A stretch of 64,000 bases of DNA from an uncultured Gammaproteobacteria bacterium (GTDB lineage Bacteria > Patescibacteriota > Microgenomatia > Levybacterales > UBA12049): assembly GCA_964512695.1 (NCBI GenBank), contig CAZEJU010000004.1, positions 12,656 to 76,655 of the forward strand, read 5' to 3'. A program made the translations under genes and the position numbers. Positions within the stretch are counted from its first letter, which is position 1. The number at the start of each line of letters is the position of its first letter. The notes under the pieces were generated by a model. It did not search any database, was not told the DNA's origin, and saw nothing but the letters and a program-made list of their open reading frames with translations. Of this stretch, positions 59,027 to 64,000 are shown one piece after another.

Positions 59027-59683
59027 ATGAAAATTTCCGCATCAGATCTCTGTAAGCAATTACTAGATAAGGAAAAAATACTTAATTCCGAGGGTAAGAT
59101 ATTATTTACCTTAAATGGGCTTTCTACTTTAGTGAATGATAAAAATATTATCGGAAACGTTCTCCAGGATTGGCTTGCTGAGTGGATGATAAAAAATGAG
59201 ATAGAGTTTGTTAAACCACCAAATAGTCAGGAATTTCCCGATTTCTACTTAGATCCTTCGAACCCAGAAGCTAACCTACTAGAAATAAAAGCTTTTGATA
59301 TAAATGCCGGGGCAAATTTTGATATTGCAAATTTTGAAGCATATTGTAGCTCTCTAATAACCAAAAGATATAGATTAGACGCAAATTACCTAATATTTGG
59401 TTACGAGTTAATTGATGGAAAACTTATTATCAAAAATCTTTGGTTGAAAAAGATATGGGAGATATCTGGTCCCAGTGAAGCTTATCCTGTTAGGGTTCAA
59501 CAGAAAAGAGGCATGATATACAATTTGAGGCCAATTAATTGGTTTTCAGAAGGTAGGATAACTTATAAGGGGTTTGGATCAAAAGAAGAGTTTTTAACTG
59601 CACTACATAAAACGCTGCTCATGTATGTAAAGACTTCAGAACAATCTATCGAATGGCTAAAGCAGGTATCAGAAAAAGTTTAA
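59027..59683 (+). CDS. candidate type II restriction endonuclease (PD-(D/E)xK)
   Basis: Convergent with the C5-MTase and overlapping it by 4 nt. Contains a PD...(D/E)xK-like arrangement (FPDFYLD ... LLEIKAF). Specificity unknown. Confidence 0.45.
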   Translation: MKISASDLCKQLLDKEKILNSEGKILFTLNGLSTLVNDKNIIGNVLQDWLAEWMIKNEIEFVKPPNSQEFPDFYLDPSNPEANLLEIKAFDINAGANFDIANFEAYCSSLITKRYRLDANYLIFGYELIDGKLIIKNLWLKKIWEISGPSEAYPVRVQQKRGMIYNLRPINWFSEGRITYKGFGSKEEFLTALHKTLLMYVKTSEQSIEWLKQVSEKV

Positions 59684-60993
59684 CTCATTGATGTAATCAA
59701 TCTATCGGCTACTGCTTCTACGACTTTTACAGTAATAGTATTCCCGAGTAAATCAAACCCGTCTTTCACAGGTATATCCATCTTAAAATCTTCTGGAAAT
59801 CCAAATAGCCTTAATCCTTCTCGTAAAGTAAGCTTTCTTATTCCGTCTCCATCAGGCACTACGAGTCTTTCAACATCTGTGGCTACTAATGTAGGCGCGA
59901 GACCATTAGGATCAAGTATTTTATTAATCTCGTAACTTAATTTTCCTGTCACAATATTATACCCTTTCTCAATTTTAGTATTTTCTTTTCGGCTTGAAAT
60001 CTCATTCCCATATATGTCTGTTTCCATAACCATATCTTTAGGATGTTCAAATTTCAAATACCCCTTTGAAACCAAGTCATCTAAGTGTTTTTTTAGATCT
60101 TTGATATCAAATACAGATTTTATCTCATCATAGGTTAAAGGCATCCCATCCATCCACTTTATCCCTTTCTTTTTTGCCCAATGCTTCTTTCTTCTTTCTC
60201 GAAGTAAGAAGTCAAGTATCTGTATTTGTTCTTTATTTACCGGACCTCTTAACTCAAGATCCCAACCATGAATGTTATTTTCCCCGCCACGTTTGTCTTT
60301 GATAGATTTTCCGTATAATTCACGTACCTTATATTTTTTTAATAACGTCTTAACGAAAGGTGTATGGAGAGTTTCTAGTCCCTTCTCTAAAATTTCACCT
60401 AAATGGGTTTCTTTTTTATCGATAAACTCTAAAGGAATTAGAGTATCTTTTGTGCCAACAATATAAACTCTTTTTCTACTTTGGGGAACTCCAAAATACT
60501 GCGAATCAAGAAGTGCCCAGCTCGTTTTATATCCTAAAGCTTCTAATCGGTCAATTATAGTCTCCAGAGTTCTTCCAATTAATTTATTTTTATCAACCCT
60601 ATCATGCTTTACCAAACCCTCAACGTTTTCTAGTAAGAAGCCGTACGGTTTTTTATCTTTCAGAATTCTCTCTATTTCAAAAAAAAGTGTCCCTCGCGTA
60701 TCGAGAAATCCTTTCCTAGACCCTGCAGAGCTAAATGGTTGACATGGAAATCCAGCTAATAAAAAGTCAAAATCAGGTATTTCTGAGGAGGCTATCTTTG
60801 TAATATCACCGGATACTTTTTCTTTTGGAAAATTTTGTTTTAGCACCTTAATTGCATGATCTTTAATCTCTGATATGAAGACACATTCAATATCTAATCC
60901 GTGCTTTTTTGTAGCTTGTTCAAACCCTATGCGTGTCCCGCCAATACCTGCAAAAAGATCAATAATTTTTATAGTTTTCTTCTTGTTGATCAT
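59680..60993 (-). CDS. DNA (cytosine-5)-methyltransferase
   Basis: Motif I IDLFAGIGG, motif IV GFPCQPFS, motif VI ENV, and C-terminal motif X (LLGNTITVKV). Confidence 0.9.
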   Translation of the reverse strand: MINKKKTIKIIDLFAGIGGTRIGFEQATKKHGLDIECVFISEIKDHAIKVLKQNFPKEKVSGDITKIASSEIPDFDFLLAGFPCQPFSSAGSRKGFLDTRGTLFFEIERILKDKKPYGFLLENVEGLVKHDRVDKNKLIGRTLETIIDRLEALGYKTSWALLDSQYFGVPQSRKRVYIVGTKDTLIPLEFIDKKETHLGEILEKGLETLHTPFVKTLLKKYKVRELYGKSIKDKRGGENNIHGWDLELRGPVNKEQIQILDFLLRERRKKHWAKKKGIKWMDGMPLTYDEIKSVFDIKDLKKHLDDLVSKGYLKFEHPKDMVMETDIYGNEISSRKENTKIEKGYNIVTGKLSYEINKILDPNGLAPTLVATDVERLVVPDGDGIRKLTLREGLRLFGFPEDFKMDIPVKDGFDLLGNTITVKVVEAVADRLITSMS

Positions 60994-61265
60994 TGAGTAA
61001 TTATATCAGTTTATTCTTAATGGTTTCAGAGTCTATTGTAGGTTTAAATGAATAAATTGCTTATTGAAAAGTGGTTACTAGGTTTTTGATACTCGAAGTC
61101 ATATCTATAGTGAGACGTAGATAGTAAAAAAAGTCTTCAAATGAAGGTTGTATTTATTTCTATATTCATAGGTTGCTTTACAATCTCTCTCTTTACAGGG
61201 TAGTCTAAGTAATACTAATTCGTGATATAGAACTATTTCATCCCATTTAGCGGTTCGAATATCGT

Positions 61266-62045
61266 CTATGTCCGCCAGCATGTAAGGATTTTATAAAGCT
61301 TGACCCATTGTTCTAAGCTTACAAAGCTAGGCTTTACATCACGATTCAAATTAATAGTTCTCATAGCTTGAAGTACATTGTGCTTTCCATACTGTTTCTT
61401 TAGATTATCCTTTAGACGCTGTCCATATCCAAAACCAATCTCTACAAAACGCTGATATTTTGCAATATCGTTCCAAATTAATAGAGGTTCTTTTCTCTTT
61501 CTAAAATTTAACATTACAGCATCCACACTCGGTACGGGTTCGAAGTCTGTTCGTCTGAACAGATGGTACATTGAAAACTCGAACCATGGTTTATGCATAA
61601 TAGAGAACATATTTTCTTTATATGGAGCTGCTAACCTGTACGCTAACTCTTTCATCATTACTAGATAACAATCCTCAGGAGGATTTTTAGCATCAATAAG
61701 CTTTCTAATAATCTTTCCTTCAATGGAAAATGGAATATTCGCAAAGACTTTATATGGTGCAGAAGGCAATGTATATTCAAGAAAGTCTTTCTGATACAGC
61801 GTGAAATTGTTCTTACTACTGAATTTTTGCTGGAGGTATTTGTACCAATATGTATCAAGCTCAACTGCGATTACATGCTGCGCTTGCTGTACAAGACGCT
61901 CAGTAATGATACCTTTGCCAGGTCCAATTTCTAAAACGAGATCATTTGTACCAATAGAGGAACGTCCAAGAAGTTTAGCAACTAACTTCCGGTTATGAAG
62001 AAAGTTTTGAGATAGGAGCTTGCGACGTAGATTGTACACGTCCAA
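61266..62045 (-). CDS. rRNA adenine N6-methyltransferase of the Erm/KsgA family (Erm-like features)
   Basis: LSQNFLHN, LEIGPGKGIIT (the GxGKG variant typical of Erm rather than KsgA's GPGxxxLT) and FANIPFSI. A TTG start with a GGGAGG Shine-Dalgarno sequence is the first in-frame start after a stop. Confidence 0.65.
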   Translation of the reverse strand: MDVYNLRRKLLSQNFLHNRKLVAKLLGRSSIGTNDLVLEIGPGKGIITERLVQQAQHVIAVELDTYWYKYLQQKFSSKNNFTLYQKDFLEYTLPSAPYKVFANIPFSIEGKIIRKLIDAKNPPEDCYLVMMKELAYRLAAPYKENMFSIMHKPWFEFSMYHLFRRTDFEPVPSVDAVMLNFRKRKEPLLIWNDIAKYQRFVEIGFGYGQRLKDNLKKQYGKHNVLQAMRTINLNRDVKPSFVSLEQWVKLYKILTCWRT

Positions 62046-62271
62046 GCACCTCCCTCATGAAAAATCGAGTATTCATGCCTAACTATTATAACTTTATTAA
62101 CTTTGAAAAGCAAAAACTGGCACAAACTTGCTATCGAGTTTTTCTAAATAAATTAGAATAGCGTCTATGTCTACCACCTACGTTTGACAAACTCCCTCTA
62201 GATATAAACTGTCAAATGGTTTGTCCTCGCAAAGAAAACTTTAGCGCCATCGGGTGGAAAAAGTAAAAAAT

Positions 62272-63654
62272 TTACTCAGGAAGCAGTTTTCCAGGATTTA
62301 ATATTCCTTTTGGATCAAGTAAATCCTTAAGTGCATGCATTAAATGAAGACTTGTCGGGTGTTCAATGGAAAGAAATTTTCTTTTTCCTATACCCACTCC
62401 ATGTTCTCCTGTCGTTGTTCCACCAACATTAATTGCGAACTTGATTAACTCTTCATTAAGCTTTACTACTCTTTTCCAGGACTCATCGTTACTAAGCTCA
62501 TATAATGCCCATCCATGAAAGTTTCCATCTCCCATATGACCAAACATCACTGTTTGCAATTCATACTTTTTTGAGACTTCTTTCGCTTTTTCAAGCAAAT
62601 TTGATACTTGTGATACAGGCACACCGACTTCCGCTGATAATACACCTATATTGGGAAGCAGAGTGGAAAGAACTGGCCGTACAGCTCTTCTGTACTCCCA
62701 CAATTTTGTCAGCTCGTCTTTTGTAGTAAATCCCTGATAATAGATTGCATTATTGTTTTCGCAAATGGATTGTATATGAGTCATATGCAAGGCTAGAACT
62801 TTTTTATTTCCATGCAGCTCAATAAGTAATGTCGGTTTTTCATGTAATTTCGTGCCTTTTGCTTTATTAACCAGCATGACATAGGTATCATCCATAAATT
62901 CAACAGAAGCAGGTTTTATATCTGATTTCAATAAATCAAGACACGTATTTGCAGCAGCAGTGTAACTTGAAAATGAGGCAAGTACAGCAATCTTTGATTC
63001 CGGTAAGGGTGTTAACTTTAATACTGCTTCAGTTATAACACCTAGCGTTCCTTCAGAGCCAATGAAGAGACGTTTCAAGTCGTATCCGGAAACCGACTTA
63101 AAAGATCTGCTTCCTAGCCGAATTATAGTACCGTCTACAAGCACAACCTCAAGCTCTAAGACAGCATCTCCGACAACCCCGTATTTTACTGCATGCATAC
63201 CGCCTGCATTATTAGCAATCATTCCTCCGATAGTTGCTAAATGTTTACTTCCTGGAGCAGCAGCAAACCATAAATTATAAGGTCTCAATTGTCTATCCAG
63301 TTCTTCGCCTATTATTCCTGGTTGTACGCGTACTTGTAAATCTTTCGGAATAACTTCCAAAATTTTATTCATGCGAGTCATGTTCAATACTATTCCGCCG
63401 CTAAGAGGAATGGGATTCCCTTCAAGACTTGATCCTCCTCCCCAGGCAGTTACAGGGATTTTATGCATATTAGCAAGCTTAAGAATTTTACTTACTTGTT
63501 GCGTATTTTTCGGCCAGATAACAATTTCGGGGGAGGCTTTCTTGTGGAACGACATATCTTTCGAGTGTTTTTCCAGATGTTCTTTTTCAAGAGATAGTTG
63601 TTTTTCACTGACAATAGCCGTAAGGCTTTCTATAATATTTCTCGTCATTTTCAT
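62272..63654 (-). CDS. FAD-linked oxidase (GlcD / D-lactate dehydrogenase family)
   Basis: FAD-binding PCMH domain (TAWGGGSSLEGNPIP) and a C-terminal FAD-oxidase domain. Confidence 0.75.
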   Translation of the reverse strand: MKMTRNIIESLTAIVSEKQLSLEKEHLEKHSKDMSFHKKASPEIVIWPKNTQQVSKILKLANMHKIPVTAWGGGSSLEGNPIPLSGGIVLNMTRMNKILEVIPKDLQVRVQPGIIGEELDRQLRPYNLWFAAAPGSKHLATIGGMIANNAGGMHAVKYGVVGDAVLELEVVLVDGTIIRLGSRSFKSVSGYDLKRLFIGSEGTLGVITEAVLKLTPLPESKIAVLASFSSYTAAANTCLDLLKSDIKPASVEFMDDTYVMLVNKAKGTKLHEKPTLLIELHGNKKVLALHMTHIQSICENNNAIYYQGFTTKDELTKLWEYRRAVRPVLSTLLPNIGVLSAEVGVPVSQVSNLLEKAKEVSKKYELQTVMFGHMGDGNFHGWALYELSNDESWKRVVKLNEELIKFAINVGGTTTGEHGVGIGKRKFLSIEHPTSLHLMHALKDLLDPKGILNPGKLLPE

Positions 63655-63900
63655 AATCTTACAAACGTAATCACATGATTATACTATAACGCAGAAATAT
63701 AATGAGATTAAAAGTAAATTCGAACATAGTCCCAGATGACCTGTCTCTTCCATTCTTTATGCGCAAAGCTATTATCTCCAGTCATTAGGGGGTGTTAGGA
63801 TATTCTTTTCTTTATGAATTTTATGGAGTGTCGAAAATATATTCATCTCCATAAATCTCATTTATTTAATACCCTGAAAGCAGTATAATTCGAGATAGTT

Positions 63901-64000
63901 ATGGATGAGAAAAAGAAAAAACTTCTTGAATTTATAAAGAAACAAACTCTTGCAGTTATATCTACGACAAATGCCGAAAATAATTCAGAATCGGCTGTAC
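63901..64000 (+). CDS. pyridoxamine-5'-phosphate-oxidase-like (general stress protein 26 type), 5' fragment running off the window
   Basis: MDEKKKKLLEFIKKQTLAVISTTNAENNSESAV... fits the N-terminus of the PNPOx-like/GSP26 family. Only 33 codons are visible. Confidence 0.3.
   Translation, partial: MDEKKKKLLEFIKKQTLAVISTTNAENNSESAV

Overview
This 64 kb window is AT-rich (roughly one-third GC by eye), gene-dense and mostly minus-strand. It is a chromosomal segment of a small-genome bacterium; the codon usage, the many GT-C glycosyltransferase paralogs and the hydrolase-only alarmone enzymes would fit an uncultivated Patescibacteria/CPR-like lineage, but that is inference.

Recognisable housekeeping content:
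- Central metabolism and translation: PpsA, PyrD, CysRS, an IMPase-family protein and a NUDIX hydrolase.
- Proteolysis and DNA repair: Lon, MutS-MutL, XseA/XseB and HflX.
- Cell wall: a block encoding PBP1A, a D,D-carboxypeptidase and an MltB-like lytic transglycosylase.
- Glycosylation: an operon-like cluster with a GT2 polyprenyl-phosphate sugar synthase and at least four large GT-C membrane glycosyltransferases (GT39/ArnT-like, YfhO, PTPS-related).
- Regulation: two Crp/Fnr regulators, an OmpR-type response regulator, a GAF histidine kinase, a REC-only protein and an HxlR regulator.
- Stress: a small-protein cluster (YtxH-like, two GlsB/YeaQ, KGG-repeat, DUF4112).
- Metal handling: NRAMP, a ferric-reductase-like protein and a VIT1-family protein.
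- Two tRNAs: Glu-CUC and Gln-CUG.

Regions worth a second look:
1. A ~1 kb segment with sharply higher GC immediately downstream of tRNA-Glu. It interrupts a GIY-YIG gene, is full of hairpins and carries a Cys/His-rich HNH-like ORF.
2. A tRNA-Gln-proximal accessory stretch. It holds hypothetical proteins, an HxlR module bracketed by a ~35-nt direct repeat, a complete type II restriction-modification pair (C5-MTase plus a PD-(D/E)xK endonuclease) and an Erm-like rRNA adenine methyltransferase.
3. A histidine kinase translationally coupled to an unknown protein with an atypical P-loop.
4. Two HD-domain (p)ppGpp-hydrolase-like paralogs with a MazG neighbour and no synthetase.
5. A Cys-free, Arg-rich 391-aa orphan next to a DUF4112 protein and a secreted thermonuclease.

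I found no CRISPR arrays, rRNA genes or transposases.
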